A stretch of DNA of 39,781 bases from Candidatus Rokuibacteriota bacterium. GTDB taxonomy: Bacteria; Methylomirabilota; Methylomirabilia; Rokubacteriales; CSP1-6. Position 1 is the stretch's first letter. Each line of letters begins with the position of its first letter. The stretch spans positions 1 to 39,781 of the forward strand of contig JBOHPM010000001.1 of assembly GCA_050731715.1 (NCBI GenBank), given 5' to 3'. Shown here piece after piece: positions 25,741 through 33,639 of the stretch. Below the pieces are notes generated by a model. The model saw only the letters and a list, made by a program, of their open reading frames with translations. It was not told the DNA's origin and ran no database searches. Position numbers and translations under genes: made by a program.

Positions 25741-26546
25741 ACGCCCGCCAGCAGGAGCTGGCCGACAAGGTCCGTCAGCTCGCGAGCGAGTTCCCGCTCG
25801 CGCTTGTCGAGGGTCTGGCGGACGCGATCGAGGCTAGTGACCCGTCGTCGCCCGGCAGCCCTCAGGCCGCTGTCGAGGCGGCGGTTCCCCAGGCCCATTA
25901 CCGCGCCATCGCGCTGAGTCTTGTCGAGCTGTGGCGACGCTACGCTCCCGGCGTACACCCGCACAGTCTTGCGTTTGCCCTGTTGGCCGCGGGGCGCTGT
26001 GAAGAGTTCGCGAGAAAGAACCAGCGGCTGGAGCTCGTCTGGACTGGCCCGGAGGTCGAGGCTGTGCCTCCCCGTCGCACCGAGCAGGCGCTCCTTCAGC
26101 TGATCGACTCGGCCAAGACGACGCTGACCGTCGTGAGTTTCGTCGCCTACAAGGTGCCGCTGGTCGGCGAGGCGCTGGCCGAGGCAGCGCGCCGCGGAGT
26201 GACCGTGCGGCTCATCGTCGAAGATCCCGACGTCAGCCAAGGCAAGGTCGCCTTTGACGCAATGAACGCGTTCGGCCCGGATGTGATCGCGCGTTCATCG
26301 GTCTATGTTTGGCCTCTCGACAAGCGCCCGTTGGACGGCACGGGCAACCACGGGTCCCTCCACGCGAAATGCGCGGTTGCCGACGCACGCCATCTCCTCA
26401 TCTCCAGTGCCAACCTCACCGAGCACGCCTTCACATTGAACATGGAGCTTGGCATCCTGATTAGAGGTGGCGACCTGCCCGCTCGTGTTGAAACCTATTT
26501 CACGTCGCTGATCGAGAAGCGCCTCCTTCGCTCTGTCCTAGACTAG
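25737..26546 (+). CDS. drmC: DISARM phospholipase D-family nuclease DrmC
   Basis: The HxKxxxxD motif is in GSLHAKCAVADARHLLISSANLT. The ATG at 25737 overlaps the drmB TGA (ATGA). The longer track ORF from 25542 lies inside drmB and is rejected. Confidence 0.85.
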   Translation: MNARQQELADKVRQLASEFPLALVEGLADAIEASDPSSPGSPQAAVEAAVPQAHYRAIALSLVELWRRYAPGVHPHSLAFALLAAGRCEEFARKNQRLELVWTGPEVEAVPPRRTEQALLQLIDSAKTTLTVVSFVAYKVPLVGEALAEAARRGVTVRLIVEDPDVSQGKVAFDAMNAFGPDVIARSSVYVWPLDKRPLDGTGNHGSLHAKCAVADARHLLISSANLTEHAFTLNMELGILIRGGDLPARVETYFTSLIEKRLLRSVLD

Positions 26547-26577
26547 ACCGAGTGTCACCCCAGTAACAGTTGCACCA

Positions 26578-27426
26578 TCAGAACGGCAGTCTCCGTTGGC
26601 CGCTCGCCTCGATCCTTGTAATGTTTCGCCACAGGGTCAGCCCGGCAACGTGTTGCGAGAAGAACAACAGATGGTACATCTTGACGTTTTTCTCATTGGT
26701 GAAGTACGGCTCTCCCTGCCCCGAGTACTGGTAGCCGAGCGTTCCCATCCGATTCATGAATGCCATGACAAAGGGCTGGTCCCGAGCCGCCATCTCCCCT
26801 TGAGTCAACTGTGCGCCCGCCGCTAGCTTTGCGCGTTTCAGGGAACGCCATCCAGGAATCAGATCGTCCAACGGGGCGTGGGCCTGCTTCGCGAAAGCGC
26901 CAAGGTTCCTCGCAATGCCAATTCCTCCAGGGAAGAGGTAGAGGATATCGATGGGGCGGCTCGCAAGAGTCTGGAAGAGGCGGAACCCCACCTCGAATCC
27001 CTCGGGATCCACGAAAGCGAGCCCGAGTGTCCGCCGCGACAGGCTGGCCACAACTTTCGCCGCGATGCCATGGCAATCGCCATCGTTTAAAACGACACGG
27101 TTCAGTTCACCCTGGGCAATCCGCTTGCGGAGCGCCTCGACATTCTTCGGGCTTACGTCGCTGAAGTAAAGGCGGTCGAACGGCGGAGTGATCTTTAGCG
27201 CGCGTAGAGGCGATCCATCGAACTCGGCACCGGTCTTCCTGTCAATCCCGCGGCCGGGACCTGCGAGGAAGTCCATGTACACGAGCTCCGACCACTTCCC
27301 GGCCTTGCGCTTCGGCGCCATAGCCGTCATAAAAGCCCGCGCGTAGCGTTCCACGTACGCGAGCTTCTCCTGGGTCCAGGGGCCGCTTACCCGCGCGGGC
27401 AGACCGTCCTTGGCGCGGCGGATCAC
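26578..27426 (-). CDS. tcmP: Three-Cys-motif partner protein TcmP
   Basis: [26 protein letters not shown]... and the position directly downstream of a DUF5131 (Gp37/Gp68) gene fit the TcmP family. The GTG at 27426 overlaps the upstream TGA (GTGA). The track ORF from 27564 overlaps the upstream gene. Confidence 0.7.
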   Translation of the reverse strand: MIRRAKDGLPARVSGPWTQEKLAYVERYARAFMTAMAPKRKAGKWSELVYMDFLAGPGRGIDRKTGAEFDGSPLRALKITPPFDRLYFSDVSPKNVEALRKRIAQGELNRVVLNDGDCHGIAAKVVASLSRRTLGLAFVDPEGFEVGFRLFQTLASRPIDILYLFPGGIGIARNLGAFAKQAHAPLDDLIPGWRSLKRAKLAAGAQLTQGEMAARDQPFVMAFMNRMGTLGYQYSGQGEPYFTNEKNVKMYHLLFFSQHVAGLTLWRNITRIEASGQRRLPF

Positions 27427-28163
27427 CAGACGACAGTTGCAAAAGCGGGGAGACGAGGTCTTGGCATCTCGTCCCACGTCCGGCCGTCCAGCACGCGACC
27501 ACCCGACTTCGGTGTCCGACCGCCCCACTGCTTGAAAAAGAACCGAACACCGGCCGAGCTGCACTGATCACGAATCTGGCGAGCCCACTCGGGCGCCATC
27601 GGCCGACGCCGGCCACCACTCTCGCCGCCGACGATCACCCAGTCGATACCCGTGAGCGGCAACTCTGGGATGGGACCTAGAAGCGGTTCCACCGAAAGAA
27701 ATCTGACGGCCGTCGGGACTGTCTGCAGGTCGCGAACGCGGCGGGTGTACCGAGCGTTCTCGACGGACACTCCTTGCCAGATGTTCGGCGCCCAGGACAA
27801 GCCTGCCGCCATGGCTGCAAGCCGCTGGCTCCTCTTGGTGAGGACCTGGAAGACGTGCCAGTCCGCTCGCTTCATGACCTCGAACACCTGATGGATGAAG
27901 TCGTCCGGGACGGCTTCATGGAACAGATCACTCATGCTGTTCACGAAGATCCGCCTCGGCTGCCGCCACCGGAGCGGCAACGCGAGTTGATCTGCGTGCA
28001 GGGTGACAGCGAACCCGTTCCGGTACCGAGGATTGCCCATGGCTCTGAGCCGAAGCGCGAGACGCTCCGCGTAGCAGTTCTTGCAGCCCGGGCTAATCTT
28101 GGTGCACCCGGTCACCGGGTTCCAGGTCGCATCCGTCCATTCGATGGCCGAGTTATCGCCCAT
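27423..28163 (-). CDS. DUF5131 (phage Gp37/Gp68 family) three-Cys-motif protein
   Basis: [33 protein letters not shown]... is the hallmark N-terminus (C-x6-C-x2-C). ...[10 protein letters not shown]... is also family-typical. Confidence 0.85.
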   Translation of the reverse strand: MGDNSAIEWTDATWNPVTGCTKISPGCKNCYAERLALRLRAMGNPRYRNGFAVTLHADQLALPLRWRQPRRIFVNSMSDLFHEAVPDDFIHQVFEVMKRADWHVFQVLTKRSQRLAAMAAGLSWAPNIWQGVSVENARYTRRVRDLQTVPTAVRFLSVEPLLGPIPELPLTGIDWVIVGGESGGRRRPMAPEWARQIRDQCSSAGVRFFFKQWGGRTPKSGGRVLDGRTWDEMPRPRLPAFATVVW

Positions 28164-28385
28164 GCCGCATCCGCGTCACCAGCATAGCAGCCCTCTTCGG
28201 TTACTGGCCCTGACTGAGATAGGCGTCGAGGAAGTCCACCCACCCTGTCCACCAGGCGAAATCCAGATCGCGATAGAACGCCGACGGATCGCGGAACGGC
28301 GGGAAGCAGATCGAGAGCCCGGGCGCCGGCTGCATCCTCGACCCGGTGTGCTCCTCGGCTATGATCGAACCCTTGACGCCCTTGC

Positions 28386-28680
28386 CCTCTCGCGTGCGAA
28401 GGAACTCAATACCTCACCAAGACCATCTCGTCGAAATCAGAGCGCCGCGTGCCACGAGGCCACCCAAGGGGAGCAATACCCCGCGCCCGGACGAAGAGCA
28501 CCGCGAGCGAGCGAACGACCCAGCGCGATGGAACCAAGATCGCCACGCCGACACCAAGCCGCGGGGGGGCATCGTGGCAGAACGGGTTTCGCGGGCGCCC
28601 GACCGTCACCTGCGTCGAATGCGGCGGGACACGGAGCGCACGCAGCATAGCGCCCCTATATATTCATTCGGCGTCTCCAC
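28386..28680 (-). ncRNA. Repeat block A copy 1: candidate structured ncRNA (family not recognised, strand tentative)
   Basis: There are long identical stretches with copy 2, such as GAAATCAGAGCGCCGCGTGCCACGAGGCCACCCAAGGGGAGCAATACCCCGCGCCCGGACGAAGAGCACCGCGAGCGAGCGAACGACC. They are interrupted by variable patches. The block ends in an AT-rich CCCCTATATATTCATT box that is unique in this GC-rich context. No frame gives a protein-like translation. On the minus strand the TATATA box would sit just upstream of the conserved block. Confidence 0.4.
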
Positions 28681-28934
28681 GACCATAAGGCGTCTCCACA
28701 CTCGGCCTCGGCCGGTGTCAACGCCAACTGAGCGTGGCCGAAGGTGAATTCGTCCGAGATCGGCGCGCGTCGATATCCAACGCGCGGTGCGCACCGATCG
28801 CATCGTCTCGGATAGCAGCCGCACCCGCCGCCGGCGGATTGTGGGCGGGGCCTGAACCGCCGATGGTCGACCGAGGTGGCCGTTGTCCCGACTTGCGAAG
28901 AAACGCGGCTGCCCACTTCTGTCACGGGCCCCGA

Positions 28935-29235
28935 CCTCTCGCGTGCGAAGGAACTCAACAACCTCACCAAGAACCTCTCGACGAAATCAGAGCGCCGCGT
29001 GCCACGAGGCCACCCAAGGGGAGCAATACCCCGCGCCCGGACGAAGAGCACCGCGAGCGAGCGAACGACCCCGCGCGAGCGAATCAAGGTCGCCAAGCCG
29101 ACACCAAGCCGCGGCGGGGCGTTATGGCGCAACAGGATCTCGCGGGCGCCCGACCACCGCCAGAGCGCATCGAATCGGGCGGCACACGGAGCGCACGCAG
29201 CACACCGCCCCTATATATTCATTAGGCATCTCCAC
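28935..29235 (-). ncRNA. Repeat block A copy 2: candidate structured ncRNA (paralogue of 28386-28680)
   Basis: Same evidence as copy 1. It has the same CCCCTATATATTCATT box at 29208-29223. Confidence 0.4.
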
Positions 29236-29860
29236 ACCCGGTTGCGGCACGACTTCGCGTCGCCGAGGTGAATTCGCCCGATATCGACGCGCGATATCCA
29301 ACGCGCGTGCACGCCGATCGCATCGACTCGGATCGCGGCCGCGCAGGCGTAGCGGCGCGTCGTGAGCGGGCCCTAAACGACCGATACCTGCCCCTGGGGC
29401 GACGCCCGCGCGCGCCGGCCGTCAGCCGATCTAGCGTTTTTCATGAGCTGGTCGAGCTTTCTCTCGAGCAGGCGCTCGGCCGTCGGTGCGTCGGGCGAAT
29501 CCTCCGCTCGCGAAATCCCCCCGCCGGGCTCGGGAATCTCTCGCGGGGGTCTTCTCGGGCGCGGTCGACGCCCGGGTCGGCCCGTTCGGCTGGCCGGGGG
29601 CACGGTGGGGCCCCCGCGCCCGGACCGTGCACGCGACGATCGTGCGCGCCTCGTCAGGACCGAGCGGCGGGCCGTCGAGGATCGTCGGGAGGTACTGCTC
29701 AGGCGCACGCTTGATGGCGTCCGAATGATGCCAGCGCGGCAGAGCGAGGAGCATTCCGAGGAGCATCAGGTCTTCCGGACTGTCACGGCTGAAAGGCTAC
29801 GGTAGTACGCATCAGTGCCATGCTGACGTCCAGGGCGTGAGGACGGGCCAGTGGACCCTC

Positions 29861-29884
29861 TGTGAGAAACTCACAGATCTCACA
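29861..29884. promoter_or_regulatory. Operator-like TGTGAG-AAA-CTCACA palindrome plus a third CTCACA half-site
   Basis: TGTGAGAAACTCACAGATCTCACA lies about 190 nt upstream of the Xis-like gene at 30072, in a region without convincing CDS. Confidence 0.3.
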
Positions 29885-30071
29885 GACCGTCCACAGCCGG
29901 GCAACCTCCTTGGCGTGTCGGTCGAGGAGGGGCTCGGGCGCCTCGCGGCCCCTTCCATGGCTAAAGATCGCAGGAGCTTCCCGAAGGGCCAATCTGGCCC
30001 GGGTCGCCGATTACCACGCGTGGCCGAGTATTTTCCAAGTTCGCCGCCAATAGCTCAAGAAGTCCGCCTCG

Positions 30072-30671
30072 ATGAACCGAAAGAGGGCATGTGAAACCGA
30101 TTTCGCGGAGGCAGACTGCCCGCGATGGCCCAGGGCAAATCCGACCTCGCTAGCCGTGCACGGGATCGACAACTCACCGCCCGTGGACGAGAAGCCTGAC
30201 CTCGCGCTCGTGGTCGCGGATCTACGGCGGATCGCCGACCTCCGCGCCGAGGACGTCCCGGCGCTCCTCGGCGCCCTCGAGCAGGTCAGGACCGCCCTGT
30301 GGGCTCAGATGATGCGCGTGCCGACGCCGACCCCTCGCGAGCCCGACGTCGGCGACGAGATCCTCACCGTCCCGGAGGTCGCACGGGAACTGAGGTTCAC
30401 GCGCGGCTACCTCTACGAGGCCGTGCGCCGTGGCGACCTCGCCGCCGTCCGCAAGGGCAAGTACGTGCGCATCCGGCGCGCGGACCTTCGCGCCTGGCTC
30501 GACGGGCACTCACCACAACGACTTGACGCGCAGCCTCGACGTCCGGATATTGCACCACATGCCCCCAAGCGAGCCGGGCCGACGTCTCTCTCGAACGGGA
30601 TCGGACGTGTATCTCGGAGGGGACATGTCCGCGCCGCGCCGGTCGGGGAGCCGACCAGCGGAGACCCTTGA
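30072..30671 (+). CDS. xis: Excisionase-family helix-turn-helix DNA-binding protein (Xis-like)
   Basis: EILTVPEVARELRFTRGYLYEAVRRGDLAAVRKGKYVRIRRADLRAWLDG is the MerR-type excisionase HTH signature. It lies directly upstream of the integrase. The N-terminal limit is uncertain. Confidence 0.65.
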   Translation: MNRKRACETDFAEADCPRWPRANPTSLAVHGIDNSPPVDEKPDLALVVADLRRIADLRAEDVPALLGALEQVRTALWAQMMRVPTPTPREPDVGDEILTVPEVARELRFTRGYLYEAVRRGDLAAVRKGKYVRIRRADLRAWLDGHSPQRLDAQPRRPDIAPHAPKRAGPTSLSNGIGRVSRRGHVRAAPVGEPTSGDP

Positions 30672-30772
30672 ATGGGACGGTTGATGGGCCCGAGCCGCTC
30701 GAACGAGCACACACCCGCGCAGTGGCGGCCAGAGATCTCGCCGGCGCCGCCGACGGCTGAGCGGGGACGCTG

Positions 30773-32116
30773 ATGGCCTCGATCCGCCGCCGACGGCGCG
30801 CCAGGGGCGACGTGTGGGTGGTGGACTACCGCGACGGCGCGGGCGTCCGCCGGTGGGCGACCTTCCGCAGCCGGCGCGAGGCAGAGGACGCGCTCGCGCG
30901 GATCATCCCCGAGTCACGCCAGGCGGCCCCGCGCGTGGTCGACCGCGACATCACCCTCGACGACTGCGCCGCGCGGTGGCTCGCCCAGGTCGCGACCGAG
31001 ATCAAGCCGCGCACGCTCGACTCGTACAAGAGGAACCTCGATCGCCACGTGCTGCCAGCTTTCGGCCGGTTCAAGCTCCGCGAGCTTCACCGCGGGCACC
31101 TCAGGGACTTCCTCGCGCGCAAGCGAGGCACCGGTCTCGGCAAGAACTCGGTGCGCCTCATCCGCGCCGTGCTGTCGGTCCTGCTCTCCGATGCCGTCGA
31201 CGACGGGATCATCCTCGCGAACCCGGCGCTGCAGCTGCGCGGCTCGCGCCGCCGGCGTCCCGACTCCATCAGCCAGGCCGAGCGGCAGAAGAAGATTCGC
31301 CCGATGGACCACAGCCAGCTCGCGGCCTTCCTGTCCGCGGCCCAGACCGATCCGCGACACTACCCGCTCTTCCTGCTGCTCGCGCGCACCGGGCTACGTC
31401 CCGGCGAGGCCTACGCACTCCAGTGGGGCGACCTCGACTTCCGCGGGCGCGAGATCCGCGTGGAGCGCGCGCTGAGCGCCGGCGCGATCGAGACGCCGAA
31501 GACGGGACAGACAAGGACTGTGGACATGAGCGAGCAGCTCACGCGCACGCTCCGTCGCCTCGAGATCGACCGCATGGTCGAGAAACCCCGCCGCGGGTGG
31601 CAGGAGATGCCGCCGTGGGTCTTCTGCACGGAGGCCGGAACGCCGCTCGACGAGAGCCGCGTGAGGAAGGCGTTCGCCGGGGCGCTCAAGCGCGCGAAGC
31701 TGCCGGGCTTCCGCCTCTACGACCTCCGCCACACGTTCGCGTCGTTGCTCCTGGCCCAGAACGCGCCCATCACCTACGTGAGCGCGCAGCTCGGGCACAC
31801 GGACGCGACGACGACGCTCCGGTGGTACGCGCGCTGGCTGCCGCGCACGGACACGCGCGCGGTGGACATGCTGGACGACGGCTGGGTCAGCCCGGTTGAG
31901 CGTCTTGGTGAGGCTCAGGTCGGGACAGTTGGTAGCCAATTGGTAGCCAATCCGGGGTCTGAAGACGAATCAGGCGCTCCGGATGACTCCGAAGCGCCTG
32001 ATTTGTTTGGTGGGCCGTCAGGGACTCGAACCCCGGACCCGCTGATTAAGAGGCGCGCTGGCGTCCTGTCCCGCGTTGTCCTGAATCATCACAAATCAGT
32101 TACTTGCGCGGCATAG
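30773..32116 (+). CDS. int: Tyrosine site-specific integrase of island 1
   Basis: The N-terminus is VWVVDYRDGAGVRRWATFRSRREAEDAL. The catalytic region has TGLRPGEAYALQW (R), LYDLRHTFASLLL (H-x-x-R) and GHTDATTTLRWYARW (H...Y). The ORF runs on through the arm repeats and the attR core to a stop at 32116. Confidence 0.9.
   Translation: MASIRRRRRARGDVWVVDYRDGAGVRRWATFRSRREAEDALARIIPESRQAAPRVVDRDITLDDCAARWLAQVATEIKPRTLDSYKRNLDRHVLPAFGRFKLRELHRGHLRDFLARKRGTGLGKNSVRLIRAVLSVLLSDAVDDGIILANPALQLRGSRRRRPDSISQAERQKKIRPMDHSQLAAFLSAAQTDPRHYPLFLLLARTGLRPGEAYALQWGDLDFRGREIRVERALSAGAIETPKTGQTRTVDMSEQLTRTLRRLEIDRMVEKPRRGWQEMPPWVFCTEAGTPLDESRVRKAFAGALKRAKLPGFRLYDLRHTFASLLLAQNAPITYVSAQLGHTDATTTLRWYARWLPRTDTRAVDMLDDGWVSPVERLGEAQVGTVGSQLVANPGSEDESGAPDDSEAPDLFGGPSGTRTPDPLIKRRAGVLSRVVLNHHKSVTCAA
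31927..31950. repeat. Tandem 2 x TTGGTAGCCAA (candidate integrase arm-type binding site, right arm)
   Basis: Identical 24-mer to 230-253, same orientation. It lies 57 nt left of the attR core and inside the integrase 3' tail. Confidence 0.5.
32008..32052 (-). repeat. attR: second 45-nt tRNA-Lys(CUU) 3' half, not joined to a 5' half
   Basis: Minus-strand reading is CTCTTAATCAGCGGGTCCGGGGTTCGAGTCCCTGACGGCCCACCA. It matches attL at 42 of 45 positions, and the differences are confined to the T stem, which stays paired. The flanking GCGCGCTGGCGTCC... cannot complete the anticodon stem, D arm or acceptor stem. Confidence 0.75.
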
Positions 32117-32197
32117 CCCCGGCCACGACATCCCAAAAAATCCCGCCGAATCCCTTGAAAACCGTCAGCGTGGCGTCAGCACGATCCTTCCCGCCGC

Positions 32198-33445
32198 ATG
32201 GTACGCTGTCTCCGCTCGGTCGCGCGCGAGCGAACTCTTTTGGCCGGCCAACCTCACGTCCGTGTCGCGTTCCTGTTCGGCTCCGGTGCCTCGATCGGCG
32301 CCGGAGCGCCGAGCACCGCTGATCTCACGCGCGCCGTGTTGAGCGGTCATGGGTATGCGCGCCATTCCGACGGCACGTACTACAAGGGCCGACCGCTCCA
32401 CGGAGACGAATCGGACTCGCACGTTCCCCACCTGACAGGCTTCCTCCGCTGGCTCGCCTCTCGGCTGTCTCGCTACTACGAACGGACCGCCGGCCGGGCA
32501 CCCACCTACGAGGATCTCTACTATGTGATTGAGCAGATCCATGCGGAAGAGTCGGGAGACCTCGATAACCCGTTGGTTGTTGAAGGCCCGCGAGACATCC
32601 GCCAAGAGCTCGTGAAGTGCGCGGACCGGATTTCTCCTCGTTCGAGTTCCGGCGTTCACGTGAACGTCGCGACCAGCGAGATCGTCAGCTACATCACATG
32701 GGTCGTCGCGACGGAGCTCGGCCGCCAGCATGGTGGAGCTGACTACCTTGGCTTCGTCGAGGAAGCGCGTTCCTCGATTCCCTCATCTCATCTGTCTGTA
32801 TTCACCCTGAACCACGACCACCTCCTTGAGGACTACCTGGCGAGCCGTCAGGTCCCGATCATCAACGGGTTCGGCTCACCCGTGAACTCCGTGAGGTACT
32901 GGGACTCCCGCTACCTTTCCGTGAGTCACCCCGGCTGCGCAGTCTTGAAGCTCCATGGATCGATCCGGTGGTTCCGCTTCCGTCCGGATGGCGGCGATTG
33001 GTGGGATGAGCGGATCGGACTCCCGCTTACACCGGATATCCAACACACCCTGGCGCCCGACGGGCGGCGTCATCACGCGATCGACTTCCGCCCGCTTCTC
33101 CTCATCGGGACCTTCAACAAGATTCCTGACTACACTGGCGGCGTCTTCGTTGATCTCTTTGCCGAATTGCGACGCCGTCTCGACCAGGCCGACACGCTCG
33201 TGGTTTGTGGGTACGGCTTCGGGGACAAGGGCATCAATAGCCAGATCATCGAGTGGATCTACCGCGCGCGGGGTCGCCGTATCGCCCTGGTCCATCCGGA
33301 GCCCGACAAACTCCGTCTCGCCGCGCGCGGGGCTGTGCGGAACAAGTGGGATGTCTGGCTTCAGGACGGAGTGCTCCGGTTGTGCGAATCAACCGCCGAG
33401 CGGATCACCTGGGATAAACTGGTCGGGGCAATCGGCGCCGGCTGA
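32198..33445 (+). CDS. SIR2-family (SIR2_2-type) protein, stand-alone, 415 aa
   Basis: VAFLFGSGASIGAGAPS is the Rossmann GAG motif. FTLNHDHLLE and VLKLHGSIRW (candidate catalytic His) and LVVCGYGFGDKGIN are also present. No SLOG, HerA or other partner domain was recognised. Confidence 0.8.
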   Translation: MVRCLRSVARERTLLAGQPHVRVAFLFGSGASIGAGAPSTADLTRAVLSGHGYARHSDGTYYKGRPLHGDESDSHVPHLTGFLRWLASRLSRYYERTAGRAPTYEDLYYVIEQIHAEESGDLDNPLVVEGPRDIRQELVKCADRISPRSSSGVHVNVATSEIVSYITWVVATELGRQHGGADYLGFVEEARSSIPSSHLSVFTLNHDHLLEDYLASRQVPIINGFGSPVNSVRYWDSRYLSVSHPGCAVLKLHGSIRWFRFRPDGGDWWDERIGLPLTPDIQHTLAPDGRRHHAIDFRPLLLIGTFNKIPDYTGGVFVDLFAELRRRLDQADTLVVCGYGFGDKGINSQIIEWIYRARGRRIALVHPEPDKLRLAARGAVRNKWDVWLQDGVLRLCESTAERITWDKLVGAIGAG

Positions 33446-33639
33446 CGGCGTCTCGATCTGACGCGACGCATCATCGAGGGCCCGCCCGCGCTCGACGGCC
33501 CGACGCGGCCACCGGATCCATTGGTTGAGATAGCGGTCGCGGTTCGGTACTCAACCGCCAGCGACCCGCTCGACCGTTGCGGTCGGGGCCGAAAAGGGCA
33601 TTACAGGGCAGGTCAGCCGGAGGCCAGATAGAGCGCACC

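Larger units (their letters stand above)
28386..29342. repeat. Tandem duplication, period 549 bp, each unit made of a ~300-nt conserved block A and an ~80-nt conserved block B
   Basis: Block A is at 28386-28680 and 28935-29235. Block B (GGTGAATTCG.CCGA.ATCG.CGCGCG..GATATCCAACGCGCG.TGC...CCGATCGCATCG.CTCGGAT) is at 28743-28822 and 29267-29342. The spacers between blocks are not conserved. Confidence 0.85.
80..32052 (+). mobile_element. Integrative genomic (defence) island inserted in tRNA-Lys, bounded by the 45-nt direct repeats, integrase at the right end
   Basis: Direct repeats at 80-124 and 32008-32052. A tyrosine integrase (30773-32116) and Xis-like HTH gene (30072-30671) lie next to the right repeat. 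The cargo is almost exclusively defence, toxin-antitoxin and tRNA genes. Tandem TTGGTAGCCAA motifs lie just inside both ends. Confidence 0.65.

Noticed and set aside
28201-28335. Short minus-strand ORF MQPAPGLSICFPPFRDPSAFYRDLDFAWWTGWVDFLDAYLSQGQ downstream of repeat copy 1
   Set aside because: The C-terminal part looks protein-like, but the ORF is only 44 aa from its ATG, has no SD, and is bounded upstream by a stop inside the repeat. It may be a remnant of a disrupted gene, but there is not enough evidence to call it.
28081-29365. Overlapping ORFs on both strands across the tandem repeat (for example 28081-28650, 28656-29132, 28883-29365) as protein genes
   Set aside because: All translations are R/P/A/G-rich nonsense. 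Conservation between the two repeat copies does not follow any reading frame, since there are indels and clustered substitutions. The region is treated as non-coding repeat or ncRNA.
29783-29992. 69-aa minus-strand ORF upstream of xis
   Set aside because: Codon bias is only moderate and no family is recognisable. Its sequence is built around the TGTGAG/CTCACA inverted repeats, which are better explained as a regulatory element.
4513-33445. A canonical Thoeris system formed by the TIR-like genes (4513-6137) and the SIR2 gene (32198-33445)
   Set aside because: The genes are about 26 kb apart, on opposite strands, and on opposite sides of the attR boundary, so they belong to different mobile elements. 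The SIR2 protein also shows no SLOG domain.
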